Below, one piece after another: positions 50,358 through 63,783 of a stretch of 64,000 nt of DNA. Location of the stretch: NCBI RefSeq assembly GCF_018350175.1, contig NC_058369.1, forward strand, positions 22,012,001 through 22,076,000, read 5' to 3'. How positions within the stretch are numbered: the first letter of the stretch is position 1; every line of letters begins with the position of its first letter. The translations under genes were made by a program, and so were the position numbers. The notes beneath the pieces were generated by a model. That model was not told the DNA's origin, did no database searches, and saw only the letters and a program-made list of their open reading frames with translations. Source of the DNA: Felis catus (taxonomy: Eukaryota).

Positions 50358-51269
50358 TGTGGGAAAGTGTTTGAACCATTAGTTTCCTGTGTGTGTCTGG
50401 CTCTTGCTTTGGAGATGGATCCATGAGGGCCACCTTTGGCTCTGGGCTTCTCTCTGGGGACGTGGTGGATGATTCTGGGGAAGAAGGCAAAGGAGATTCA
50501 GGCTTTAGACAGAAGCAAACATGTGGAACCTTTCACAGATACTTTCCCCATCCGCTGAAATCCAAGTGCATAGTTTATGCCTGTGGCAGGGATGGGAGCA
50601 GTGGGGTTGCTGGAGAGAGTTGTATATAAATCGATTCACTTGCTCAGCGCTCTGGATTGTTTACTAGGAAATCATGACTGGATAGTTGGTTGTACTGACT
50701 AGAGGTGTGTGGCCAAGAGCCCACACTCTTACACAGGTTTCTCTGTGAGTCATGAGGGGCTCTCTGTCGGCAAAGAGGCCAGGATGCAGGTGGGGAGGCT
50801 GGAAAAAGAGGGGCTATGATTATCATAGGGGGACAGCCACACGTCTCCAGAGGAACCACACTGCAGATGTGTGCTTAGCTTAAACACGAACGCTAAATGA
50901 GAAAACAATATTGTCTTTTTAGGACCTCCCCAATTTAAATGTCTGTCTCTATAAGACCATGGGCTTTATGGCACAGGCTTACCTGAGAGCATAACCCGTG
51001 TGACAATGATCGTGAATTCCGAGCTGTTTTGCTTTCACTGGGCAGTATGGATCATAGCTGGTCCTGGGTCTGCTTGATAAACACTCTCTAAATAATAGGT
51101 GGGGGTGGGGGGGTGGGGAACATATGACCCTGGATGACTGCGGCTAATAAAATTCCCTGGAAATGCCTCAGGCATCACCCTGGCTTTACAAATGAGAAAG
51201 CTACTTCTCAGCCTGTGGACTGATGTGTTTCATATCTGTTTGCTATCGAGACCTAAATTTATATAGCGA

Positions 51270-52560
51270 CCCCTGATCTATCAGTAACCTTGACTTGAAT
51301 GTTTCAAAGGCACCTCAAGCTCAACACATCCAGTGGAATTCAGATCATCTCCACTCAGCCTGGCCGCCCTCAGCCTTCCCTGTCCCAGCAGATGGGATCC
51401 TCTTGCCCCAGGTGCTGAGCCCACAAGTCTGAGGGTCTCTCGGACCCTTCTCATCCCTGATCCTACGATCACATCACCAGCCGTCTTGTCCTCTCTGCCT
51501 CTGGGTTTATTCTGACCCTCTCCATGTCTCTCCCACCACCTCCCTAACCTAAACTGCCATCATCTTCTGCATTTCCGTTCCCTTCCGCACACAATGGCCA
51601 GGTGGCCTTTTCAAAACAAACCTGAGCATATTACTCCTTTACCCAGGCACCCGTTCTTAGACCCTTCTGCTGTGAATTGAGCATGGGCTTCACATTGGGG
51701 TCTGTGAGGCTCTGTGTGATCTCTGCCTTCCTCCCACAAGCCTGTCTCCTCCCTCCTTTGCCTGTGATGTTTCAGCCACATCAGCATCACTTGGGGGTCT
51801 TTCAGATAATAAGCTCTGAGGGCCACAGAGCTTTCAAACCTGTTCCTCCCACCTGGAAACTCCTTTGTATCTACTAGTTCCTACCTTACATGTCCCTTCC
51901 TTTTGTCCTTCACTAATTCTTCTAACTACAAAGTCCTGCCATAGTTTTCTCTATCATTGTACCCAGTTTCTTTTCTTGATAGCATATCTATAATTGTTTG
52001 TTAATTTGGTTATTTCCTAGACCAATAGGGAAGGCCTATGTTTGTTTTGCTCACCATATAAATCCCCCTCTATCTCCAGCTCATCTCCTATTACTCTGTC
52101 TTTCCTTCATCCCACGCCAGCCACACTTGTGGCCATTCCTCAAACATACCTGGTTTACTTATGCCCCAGGGCCTTTGTACTTGCTGGGCTGTCTGTCCAG
52201 AAAGTTTTGTTTTGTTTTGTTTGCTTGTTTTTATTCCATTATCTGCATGGCTCTTGTTTTCTTCAGATCTTAACTCACAGTCACCTGTTTGGTGAAGACT
52301 TCTCTGGCCCCTATGTCTAAAATTGCACCTGCCCCCTAACACTTCACACTGCCTTTCTCTGCTTTATTTTTCTCCCTTGTACTTAACACCAACTACCATA
52401 TGGCACATCTTTCTTATTTATCTTACTTTCTGTGTGTGTCTCCCCCACTGGAGCGAACACCCCATGAGTTTCTGTTCTTTCTGTTCTGTTTTCTCTTCTT
52501 CCAGTGCTGTATGCCCAGTATCTTGAATGTTGGTTGAATGAATGAACACTTGCATGAATA
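51270..52560 (+). mobile_element. L2 fragments (L2a/b-like)
   Basis: ggcacctcaagctcaacacatcc, ccccagggcctttgtacttgctg, terminal tgttggttgaatgaatgaa. Confidence 0.75.
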
Positions 52561-52601
52561 ATGTATGCTTAGTGAATGGCACAGAGTGGGCACTCGACAC
52601 A

Positions 52602-52730
52602 CTTTTTTATTGTGGTGAAATATACATAACATGTACCATTTTAACCATTTTTGAGTGTACAGTTCAGTGGCATTAAATATGTTCACATTGTTGTGCAACC
52701 ATCCCCACCATCTGCTCTTTATTTTCTGAA
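52602..52730 (-). mobile_element. short L1M 3' terminus
   Basis: ttttttattgtggtgaaatatacataac...accattttaaccattttt...gtacagttcagtggcattaa. Confidence 0.85.
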
Positions 52731-54206
52731 CTGAACGTATCCAAGAATAAGTGAGTAACTGAATGAATGAATAGCAGGTTTACAATAAAGGTCTCTTGAC
52801 TTGGGGCCCAGTGTTCTTCCCACTGCATCGTGCTAGGAGGAGGGAGGGTGAGAAGAGGCATCTGAGTGGCCTCTCAGATGGCCTGGCAGCTGCAGCAAAG
52901 ATGCTCAAGGATGTGGCACATGTTTTGTGTGGTCTTGGTTGTAAACAATGAGGGTCCCCTCTCTCCACCATGCATACCCATGTCCCTTCTCTTCTGCATC
53001 TGAGGATTTGACTCTAATGTTTTGAGCTTGTGGGATGGTGTGAAAAGAGATGTTCATTTGCGTTTGAACCTTTCTTACTGGACCCACGCGATGGGGTGAC
53101 CCTACCTGTCCCCCTTGGTGCTGTTCTCATTAACCCGTTAGGAGATTATTCCACTGATGGCAAGGCAGTGTTGATTTTAAATTCTAAAGGAAACCAGATT
53201 ACAGGGAACACAAAATGTTAAGTGTGGGTCAAAATCATCGAGTATGAAAATCTCCCTGATGGATAGAAAGGGAGGGGTTATTTCGAGCCCATAATAGTTT
53301 CTCCCCACAACCTTGTTGAATTCTATAGAACCCACATTTTTGTGCACTTTGCCATTTTAAGCACTTCCTGCTGAAATCCACATGACAGGTTCCTGTTCCT
53401 CTCTGTTACACATCCTGCCCTGGATCTCTCAGTGATGTTGCAGTGGTGTCGTTTCTTCATGTCCCCGCTCAGGTCTTAAGACAGAAACATGGGGCAGGCA
53501 CATCTGAGGGTGTGGGGTCTTCTCTGTTGAATTCCCCACTGCACCTACCATGTGCCAGATGCTGTGTTGGCTTGGGGGAGCTCAGGGAGCACCTGAGCAT
53601 AGGCTAGGCACCCAAGGAACTTATAGCACCATCCTGCAGGTACAGCTGTCCCTACCCGACTACTTGATGGTGTTACAAATGCCAACCTGTTCCGTGCACG
53701 AGAAGGCTGTGAAAGCTCTGAGGAGAGAAGTTTGCTGTGTGGGATTGGGGTGCAGGTGGAGGTCAGGGGAGAGTTCACAAAGGTATCTGTGTAGGCATGA
53801 GGTCTGTAATGTGGCAGAGGGGGGAGCAGGAGGCAGAAGAGTCAGAATGTGGGGTAGGATTATGGTTTGGGTCAGCTTCCTGTTTTGTCTTGTCAGTGAC
53901 AGACAGGAAATGGATCTAGTTGGATTATCTTCATTTCTGTTTTCAAGCTCTCATCATTTGTGGTTTGACCTGTTTCCTGCCTTCACTAGACATACTCGTA
54001 CCTGTCAGGGAATTCCTGAATTTCCACAGTCTTGCAGGGCCCAGGGTCAGTCATCATTTTGCTGGCACCGGATGGCATTCAGTGTTACGTAAGCTCATGG
54101 GACTACCCAACCCGGTAGAAATATAGTGGTGTCCTTTTAGGTTATTACATGTTACTTCATGAGAGAAAGATGCCTACCAATTGGTTTAATCTACTTTCAT
54201 AGATTT

Positions 54207-54236
54207 AAAAAAATTTTTTAATATTTTTATTTTATT

Positions 54237-54277
<41 letters not shown>

Positions 54278-54434
54278 AGGGGAGAGGCAGAGAGAGGGAG
54301 ATACAGAATCCAAAGCAGGCTCCAGGCTCTGAGCTGTCAGCACAGAGCCCGATGCGGGGCTCAAACTCATAGACCGTGAGATCATGACCTGAGCCAAAGT
54401 TGGAAGCTTAACCAACTGAGCTACCCAGGCACCC
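54207..54434 (-). mobile_element. SINEC with expanded (GA)n
   Basis: TSD ctacttt(c/g)atagattt. Confidence 0.95.
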
Positions 54435-55904
54435 CTACTTTGATAGATTTTTAACTAGTTATGTCCATGAATATCACCAGTCCATTCTCTTCATTTGTGT
54501 TAAAGGGTGCTAGGCACTTCTAGTCACTCATGTGACAAGACCTGGTGTTAGATTTTTAATCGCGGTATTGATACTACTTTACCTCCACAGCAGAGTGCAC
54601 ACCTTTATCTCCTGATCAGCAGAAGTCCTTAAGAGAACCTTCAAATGTTGCTGGAAAGGGGAAGAATATGCTTTAACTGGCAATGTTTTCTTGTTCTCAA
54701 AATTAAGTGTATAAATAGCTAAATGGATGAAAAGGTTTGTTGTTTTTCTAAAGCTATCTGTCAGGTTTTAGTTGAGAGGACATTTTTGTGTCTCATGGGC
54801 AACTTCCTTGCCACCCACTGAAACATAATGAAGCTGATTGATGGTCCTTATGGAACCTTTCCTTTATTCTGCTGGATGTCTTGGTTTTGGGCCAGATACA
54901 TGCCAGTGGAGAGATATGCTACTGTCTTTCAGATGGAAAATATTCTTTTTTGTTTCCATCATTGTGGCCCAAGGAGTTGGATGCCACTGATACTTGTTAC
55001 ACTGTAAGAATGACCAGAGGGTCCTAAATTTTGACCTGCAGGTCCCTCTGCTTTCTTAAAATGGTGACCAATGAGCATTTTCCGGTGAGTGTATTCTCTT
55101 AAATGTTAAATGGATTCAAATAAAACGTGGTCTGTGGATGTGATGATTCTTAGTGAACTCTTCAGTGTGCAGAAATACTAAAGGCAACATCGTACTCAGA
55201 GAATCCTTGCTTTCTGTAATGATTTCCTATAAGAATGTAAGGATCTCCATTCTCCATCAGACTAATGGTTTTCCCCGTCCAGCACTCTGATGCCAAGAGT
55301 GGGATTATGGGGGGGGGGGGTCGTTCCAGTGGGAGGGCTTGGTGCCCCTTCTTGCCATCACTTTAATAGCCTGGCTGTGTGGTTCAAATATGGAGAACTT
55401 CCATTAATAACCTATCATGGAGCCATTACTCCTATTATTCTTGGATTTGCCTAAATTGCGTTCACAGCAGTTTTTATTTTTGGCCTGTACCATCTGGTGG
55501 AACATGGCAGCCAGTCCGAGCACAAGCCAATGGGAATGTACTTGTGTCACCAGTGAAGGAGGAAAGTCTGTCTTCCATTCAGTGTTCACGCTTCTTCATG
55601 TGATTCAGTCAGTAGAACTGACAGACGCACTGTTTGCCTGTGTGTGTGGGATCTTTTTCAGGGCACGTTACTTCAACTCATGTGGCCAGTGTAGTTCTTA
55701 CGGCCAGTTCCTCTGCTTCATCTTGCCGTGGGGCTCTCAGAGCTGCACGGCCTCTACTCGGTAACCCCGGTCTCTGGTGGGACACAGACATCAGAGGGCC
55801 CACCATTTCCTGGCTGTGCGGCCTGTGTGCTTTACCAGACCTGAGGCTCAGCCTCTGCCTCTGTAAGATGGGATTGATGCGTACCTTCTTGTGGACTTGG
55901 ACTC

Positions 55905-56390
55905 CATTGAGACTCCCTCAGTTGCAAGTGACAGAAACCCAGTTCAAAGTATGCAGAATGGAGGGGTTGCAAGCTCATGTAGCCAGAAAGCCAGGCGTGC
56001 GGCTGGATCCCAGCTCTGGTGGATGGTGCCGGGGAGGGGCTGTTTCTTTATCTCTCAGCAGTGTTAGTCTCTGCTTGGCTTTCTCTTCTCCTGTGATGGC
56101 AAGATGGCCATTGGTAGCCTCCAATTCATATCTTACCAACCTGGCAACACAGCCAAAAGGGCATTTTTTTTTCCACTAGAAAAATTAGAGAAATTCCCTG
56201 GTGGTCTCTGAGTTCTTGGCTTGGAGCCAGAATGGAGCACAGAATGGAGCAGGACCCCATCTAGCCGGAAGAACACAGGAGAGCTGATGGGGCGATGGTG
56301 TCTGAGCCGAGCCTTGAACGTGGGGTGTGGCTTTGTAGGCATGGGCTGTAAGGAGCAAGAGGGGGTGGCCCAGAAGGAGAGGTAAGGGAG
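55905..56390 (-). mobile_element. MaLR LTR, MLT1J/K-like
   Basis: gactccctcagttgcaagtgacagaaacccagttcaaa...gctcatgtagccagaaag; right boundary approximate. Confidence 0.65.
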
Positions 56391-56767
56391 AGGGAGATAA
56401 CCCATTCATTCTTGGGGCTCACTTTACACCAGGCTCTGTGCTTGGCACTGGGCATTCAAAGACCAATCATCAATCTTTGCTCTAGTAGTGGGAGAATATC
56501 ACAAAGAGTCACAGATGCCCAGGTAGAAGTCTGTATGGGGTCTGGCGAGGGCATGGGGGAGGGGATTGTCCACTCTCATTCCTGATGGGGAAGAGCATAC
56601 TCAAAGGCATAGAGGTGGGATGGTGAAAGATGACTCCATGAAATGACCAGCTCTGTGTTTCTGGAGCTGGAGGTTCACCAGGAGGAGATAAGGTGGAGCC
56701 AGGCAGTAGAGGGCCCTGAATGCCCGATTCACAAGTTTGGTCGTGATTCTTGAGACACTAGCTCTCC

Positions 56768-56918
56768 AGGGTAGGTTTCAGGGGCATGTGACCTATGCAG
56801 CTGCATCAGGCCCCACGCTTCGCTGATGTTCTGCTGTAGTCTTGAAATCCTTAGTGCTTTTCAAACAAAGAGCCATGCATTTTCATTTTTGCACTGGGCT
56901 CTGCAAATTACATAGCCT
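56768..56918 (+). mobile_element. MER53-like hAT MITE within antisense L2 remnants
   Basis: ggcatgtgacctatgcag...cttgaaatcctta...cattttcatttttgcactgggctctgcaaattt. Confidence 0.75.
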
Positions 56919-59587
56919 ACAGGGGGTGATGTGATAGCAGTCTGAGCTGTGCTTTAGGACACGTCCAGCTGGAGTGAGGGAGAGCCAGAGCAGAGGAGAA
57001 GTAGTAATTGGGAAGCTGTTTGCATAGCTTTGAGAAAGGGATATTAATGGCCCAGGTGAGGGCAGGTAAAAGGAGGATGGAGAGGGAAAGGGCGCATCTG
57101 ACACCTGTCGCCAGGCCTGAGAAGCAGACTGAATGTGAAGGCAGGGGGAGGGAGGAGCCAGAGTTAGCCTTGGCTCTGGACTTGGGGTCTTCTTGTGCTC
57201 AGCGCTACCCTCTGAGCCAGGGGACTTTTGGTGGATAAGGCTGGTTTTCCAAACCAAAATTTAGAAGACTGTCCTAATATTTTTACTCTCGACAGTAAGC
57301 GAAAGCTGACATTGGCAGCCTCCTTCAATGAATGTAAAATAACCAGAAAAGACATTCTGAGGCATTCTGGAATCCAACAGATGGACCAAGCAATCATGTT
57401 AAAAACAGTAAATCACAACTTGAACTTCAGTTAATCATAATCACATTTCTCTTTCCTTATTTAATTTTGAAGCATCTTCCTAAGTAGTTTCCTTTTTTGG
57501 TTTCTTTTACTTAAAAGACCTTGTTATTATAGGGCACCCCAGTTAAGGATGCCTGATACATGACATCCAAACCGAAAAACCTTATTTGGGAAATGACATC
57601 CTTTCTGAGGTTTCGGAAGTGGTTATTTTGTCTCCTGCAAAGATTCATGGAGGAATTTATTTCCTCTGGTTAACTTAGCACAGAAATTAAAAAAAAACAC
57701 AACTGTGTATTTACCTAGTGATCTTTAAAAGACACCCTTCAGGGAAACCAAGGTTGCCCTGAACTTAGGGTGACAGCATGCAGGGCTTTGAGAATCCGGG
57801 TGGGAAGGGCATGTGGCTTTGACCTATTGGGTCTGGTCTTTTGGCTCCGGACCGTTTCCTGTCTGGTGCAGACACAGACAAGGCACTTCTGTTGCAAGGA
57901 CATGAGGTCAAGGCATTGCCGTCCAGGCCCCAGATGCTGTGCTAGGGCGTCTTGGAATCGAGGAGGCAGCTCAAGGCCAGAGGCACCCAGGAGAGACTTG
58001 TGAAAAGATGGAGGGGCATCACTGCGGTCGTGTGGACAGGTGGGCATGCCGTCTATGTTTTTATCAAAAGGGGGCTCCAGCGAGTACAAAGACCCTCCCC
58101 CCACCCCACCCTACATCTCTTCCTGCCCTCGTGGTGTTGCACTACACCTGGCCATCCACAATGACTTTCTCTTGACTTGTGCATCTTTTCTACAGAAGGA
58201 GTAATTTGGGGCCATCCAGATGTGTCATTCTCTAAAACTGGAGATTATGTCTGCTGCTCTTTTTTAAGGGGATTGTGGAAGAACACCTGATGTCTTGAGG
58301 GAGACCCATGAAGTTGTCGAGGTGAAAACAAAGTGTTCCCTTGCTTTTCCCTTTTGCAATGATTGTGATGTATTTGATTTCATTTGGATACTCCTGTTGC
58401 ACTGATGGTGAGTGTTGCTCCATCAGGGCTCAGTCCTTGTTAGTTATTAGGAGCATCTCCTGGAACAGTGAATAGAGAAAGTGCTTGTAGACACTTGGTC
58501 AGCTCCTTGGAGCTCCTTGCTCTCTGCACAGTAGGCACTGGTGGTTGGCTGAATCAATAAATGTGCTGTTGAATTAATCCTATTTTCCTTGTCTGAAGAA
58601 AGGGACATTCACCATCTGTAGAGTGTGAAGTTTGAATTCTAGGTGCAGGGAAAGCTTTGTGCTAAAGCATCCTTGGAGCCTCACTTGGCTCTTTTTGGCA
58701 CCAAGAGCTGTGAAGGCAGAGGACGTTTCTATTTTGCTCAGCATTTATTCCCCAGTGCCTAGCGCAAGGCTTGACACATAGCAGATACTTAATAAATATT
58801 TGAGTGAATCGGTAAATAAATAGATATGCCTGTTTTTCTTACATATTAGAAGCGCATCTCTAAGAGTCATGTGCCAATGTCTCCAAGTTCCTTGAGACCT
58901 GAAGACCTCCCCACCCCTGTCCCCTCCCTGCAGCACTCAACACAGTGATTGGCACATAGTGGTCATTTGGTATTTGTTGAGGGAATGAAATAAGTGGCAG
59001 TAGGCAAAGGAAAATGCCCTGACTGGGAGTTAGAATGTCTGGACTCCGGGCTGCCTAGTCTGGAGACCTTGCTTAAGTAGGCTGGTATCCTGCTCTGTAA
59101 AATGGGGTTCAGCTACCAGTTGCTGCTCTGCTTATCTCGGGGCTATTTTGCAGTTCAGAAGGACTAATGGTTGCCCTGGTCATCCACAATGGCTTTCTCC
59201 AACTTGTGAAAAAGTTAAGTCTGGTAGCCATGGGGAACTTGTCACCAAAACACGATGGAATCCAGTTATAGTGGATGTGTGGCTGATGTGGTTGCACCTG
59301 CTTCTCAGGCCTTTCTGAGAACTGGTGGCTTTATGTTATGTCAATAAATAGATAAATAAGTGAGATATGCTATCAGTGTAGAAAATTTGGAAATCATAGA
59401 AAAGCAGAAATATGAAAACAATAATTACCCTAAAGAAGTAGGCCAAAGATAATCACTATTAACCTTGTGGAATATTTCAGAGCCTCGGCAGGTATACACA
59501 CACATCATACACACACACGACATGATTCCGGTCATCTAACAGATCTAACAGTTATCTTTGTATCACCTTGTTTTCTGAAGTAAATGC

Positions 59588-59991
59588 TGTCTTAGTTCGG
59601 GCTGATAGGACATATATCAGAGCCAGGGTGGCTTAAACAACATTTATTTCTCCTAGTTCTGGAGGCTGCGAAGTTCGAGATCAAGATGCCAGCAGATTGG
59701 GTGTCTGGTGAGAGCCTGCATCCTGCTGTGTAGGCAGATGCCTTCTTGATGTGTTTCATCTGGTGGGGGAGGGGGAGAGGGAGGGGGAGAGAGAGAGAGA
59801 GAAAGAGAGAGAGAGATTGAGATTGAGATCATCTCTTCAAATTTTCTTGTAAGGGCACTAACCCCATTCACAAGAGCCTCACCCTCATGACCTAATCACC
59901 TCCCAAAGGCCCATCTGTAAATACTATCGCAGTGGGTATCAGGGCTTCAGCATTGGAATTTCTGGAGGACACAAACAGTCAGTCCATAGCA
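59588..59991 (-). mobile_element. MaLR solo LTR (MLT1A/A0-like)
   Basis: TG...CA termini; ggtggcttaaacaacatttatttctc, ccctcatgacctaatcacctcccaaaggccc, cagtccatagca. Confidence 0.9.
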
Positions 59992-60254
59992 GCTGCCAAT
60001 AGCAAGAAAAGGAAGAGCCTTGTCTTACCATTTCTTCAGTAACTTGCTCAGGGCCCAGTCTGGTGCAAGACAGAGTCGGAACTTGCTGAATACTTAATGG
60101 ACTTCTAAAACTTCAGGGCTGGGAAGATTCCTTGCTATAATCGAACATCCTCATTTTAAATACAGGGAGAAACTAAGGCTCAGGAAGAAAAACAGGCCCA
60201 GGGCCCCAGGGCTGGACGGTAGCAGAGCTGAGCCTCCAGACCTTGCCTGCTTTC

Positions 60255-60390
60255 TTCTGGCCCGCTCACCTCCACTCCCTGCTAATGATTCTGGCCCGCT
60301 CACCTCCACTCCCTGCTAATGATTCTGGCCCGCTCACCTCCACTCCCTGCTAATGATTCTGACCTGCTCACCTCCACTCCCTGCTAACGA
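60255..60390. repeat. minisatellite, 4 x 34 bp
   Basis: unit ttctggcccgctcacctccactccctgctaatga; three identical copies and a fourth with 3 substitutions. Confidence 0.97.
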
Positions 60391-61086
60391 GTTGAAGTGC
60401 AGATGCCAGGAAGTCTATTGGGCATAGAAGTCAGTGCTTGGCTAGTTTTGCCTGTGTCTCCAGGTTTGTGGGTCCTACTCTGTCTCAGGGTAGCTCTGGG
60501 TGTCTCAGAGCAGCTGTCTCCAGTAGAGCCTTCTGACTGTTCTCACAACATTATGCTGACTTGTGTGTCGGTCAACATCTGGAGCTCCCTCTTGGTTATC
60601 ACTGTCTGTGTTGTGTGCAGACTCCCCATGCTTGACTTAACATGTGAGTCTTGGTGGGAATACGTTCTCCTGTGCTTTTCCCTTAAATATCCTAACATTT
60701 TTCTTGCCTTGTCTTGCCTCTCAAGCCCAGTGGGAAGGGTCCTGCTTTCTATAGGCATCCCTTCCCTCATTCTCTCACAGGCATGTGATTCTGTCCCCTC
60801 CCTTTCTGGAGCTGTATGACTGAGCCATCTTTCATTCACCAGCAAACCTTTCATGTTTGAGGTCCCCAGTGAGGGCAGCCTGTGGAAGATTCTGCATCTG
60901 GGAGCCCCCTAGCTTTCAGGATCTGAGTCTGAAAAGAGAGGGGACATGCATACGGGAAAATTATAGTTCAATTTATAAAGTGGCCAGGGAGCCAAGAGAA
61001 GGGTAGAGAAAGTGCTCTGGGTCCTCAGTGGCAGGAGACCTTCCTCGTGTTTACCAGAGGTAGGGAGATGGGCAGGCAAGGCTTTT

Positions 61087-61297
61087 ACTTTTTCATTTTT
61101 ATTTTTTTTAAGTTTGTTTTTGAGAGAGAGTGCAAGCAGGGAAGGGGCAGAGAGCGAAAGAGAGAGAAGGCATCCCAGGTAGGCTCTGTGCTGTCGGCAC
61201 AGAGCCGGCTGTGGGGCTCAGACTTAAGGACTGAGATCACGACCTGAGCTGAAATCAAGAGTTGGATGCTTAACCAACTGAGTCACCTAGGTGTCCG
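61087..61297 (-). mobile_element. SINEC
   Basis: TSD ggcaggcaaggctttt. Confidence 0.93.
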
Positions 61298-63698
61298 AGG
61301 CAGGCAAGGCTTTTAAACAAGGGACATTTGAGCTTGACTTGGAAAGGATGGTCAGGGCTTGAGCACTTGGAGGCTGCAGGGGAAGAATTCCAGCCAGAGA
61401 AAAGAGTATGAGGTGGGTAGTATCAGGGTTGAGTCCCCAGCTGGGGGCAGCCAAGAGGGAACTCCAGGAATCCTAGGCTCTGGTACTCAGTAGAAGCAAG
61501 TTGAGTCCTTCCCTTTGCAGTCTGTGGCTTGGGGATGCCTGGTCTCTCACTCTGTTCCTGTTCCAATGCTGTTGGTGCAAATACCCTGGCAAGTTAGTGC
61601 AACTAGCTTTCCTTTGGGACAGAGCTCTTGCCCCGGGGGTCCGTGGACTCCTAAGGAGCCTTCCAGTGGGTGTCAGCATCTGGGAACTGACCGAAATTAC
61701 ATGCATAATTTTGTATCTGTACTTTTTACCCCTCCAGTTGTTAGAGGTCTCTGTTATCCTTGAAAGGACATGCACCTTATGGTCTAGGAGGAAGGTTGGT
61801 GTATGAATGGATGTTGACAACTTAAACACTCAAATCCTGTAAAGTCAATTGGGGAAAGTTCGCATGCCTTCACCCATCTCATGCACGGTCCACCCATCTC
61901 TTTAGACTGCATCCTGACAAGCAGGTCTGGGTCTTGTTCTTCTGTCTACCCCCACCCTGCTACCTGGCCTGGAACATGGCCTTGGACATGTATTTGTGAT
62001 ATTTGTTCAGGAAATAAAAAACATTGATGTGGATACCAGTGCACATGTGTGCTGACCTACAATAGAGTAGACTTTTTAGGCCAGTTGGCCACCTGTAGGA
62101 TCCTGAGGCTGGCCCTGTGGGGAGCAGACATTTCCAGTGCCAGTCTCCCTGTCTGGTTCCTCCCTCCTCAGCTCAGGGACAGGCCTTGGCACATCCTGCT
62201 GGTCAGCCGAGGGCTGGGTGCGTCTGCCCAGCACTTGACAAATGCAGTTTGAGCTCTCTTCTCCCAGAGGGCTCTTAAGCCCCATGATCCACAGGTGTAT
62301 GGCTAGACCCAAAGGTACCTCCTCACCTGTTGCAGGGTGAGGGCCATGCTTGGGAACCTCATCTCCCCCTCCTTGACTTGAGAATGGCTGGTGCCAGCGC
62401 CGGTCCAAGCTTGTCTTTGGCAGTGTGAGGAATCCCATGGCTGCATACCACCAGTTGGGACTCTCCTCAGGGGCTTTCTGCTTGGTGACTGCACGGTTTC
62501 TAATCAGGAGCTCTGCCAGGTGGATGGTAGGGCCGCTGGCAGCTGCCTTGGCATTCTGTTAAGTAGGTGTGCAAGTTGTAGCCCATTGGGGAGCTCCAGG
62601 GAGTGGGATCGGCAGGGTCATTTGCCCATCTGGCTTAGACTGTGTTACAGCACCGTGGGGGAGATGGAAGCAGAAGAGTGGCCTCCTTCCTGGTTTGTCA
62701 GAGTCCTCTTTATCCTGTTTAGGAAAGCACAAGGAGAGCATTTGATTTCTACCGTGAAGGGTCTTGGCTTCACCTAGAAAGACCGAGACTGTGGCGTGTA
62801 GTGCTTCAGAGTGACAAGCCAAGTCCGACCAGTCCCAATCCGAGAGGGATCTGGAAACCCGTGCTGCCCCTCCCGTGCACCCTCCCCTTTCTGCCCCATT
62901 CTCATCCATTCAGCAGCTCACTGATTGTCTACCACGTGCTGAGAGGGAGACTGCGAACAGATCCACACTGATCCTGCCTTCAGGGAGCTTTTTATAATGC
63001 AAGGTAGCACCTAAGGTTCTAAGAAATTTTGGGATGCGTGCTGGGGTGGGATGGGGAGGTGGTTGGATTGATGGTCCTGCTTCTTCACAGATGCTCGTAT
63101 TTTCTTTCTCTTATCCAAAACCTGCAGAATCTTTACCACTAAAGAATGTTTCCATCTGTAACATCTGATTGCATTTATAGTACTTTTGTTGTGTCCATCA
63201 TCTGCCTGTTCTTCCATCTGTCCGCCACCCTCGGACAGGCCCTCGGACAGGAATGCAGAAAGAAAGAAGGCTTGGCCCCAGCTGTCAGGGAGCTCATCTC
63301 TGATTGCCTTCTCATTGTTCAAATTGCACCGTGGGTTTTGTTCCCCAGCTTAACTGTAAACTCCTTGAAGGTCAAAGACGATCTCTTCTTAGATATTCTT
63401 GGCAGAGGGGAAGGTTTGTTGGTCAGTGGATTGCTGGAACTGTAGTCCTGTTGTATTTGCTTAATGAAAGGGTGAACATAATGTCTACAAAGCCTGCCTG
63501 CCTACCTGCTTGCCAGGCTGCATGGATGTCTCCATGAGAGGCTCTTCGTTCTGATTTGGAAATCCAGTGTGGTGGGAGGGACTTGGGGAAAAAATATAAT
63601 GTCTTAATAGGCAAAGATCCCCAAGGTGTATTTGTGCTCGAGGCTCTCCTGAAGAATGAAAAGCTTCATTCATGCCTTTTCTTTATGCTTCGCTTCTT

Positions 63699-63729
<31 letters not shown>

Positions 63730-63783
63730 AAAAAAAAAAAAAAACACACACACACAGAAGAAAAAACACAGAAGAAAAAGAAG
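63699..63783. repeat. compound A-rich simple repeat: (AAAAC)n, poly(A), (CA)n, cacagaagaaaaa x2
   Basis: read directly. Confidence 0.85.

Noticed and set aside
53550..54092. 180-aa ORF
   Set aside because: No recognisable homology or exon structure; ORFs of this length arise by chance in sequence of this composition.
57228..57434. 68-aa ORF with protein-like composition
   Set aside because: GTG start, no flanking splice sites and no recognisable homology.
60255..60390. Possible CRISPR-like array
   Set aside because: Contiguous tandem units with no unique spacers, in a mammalian genome.
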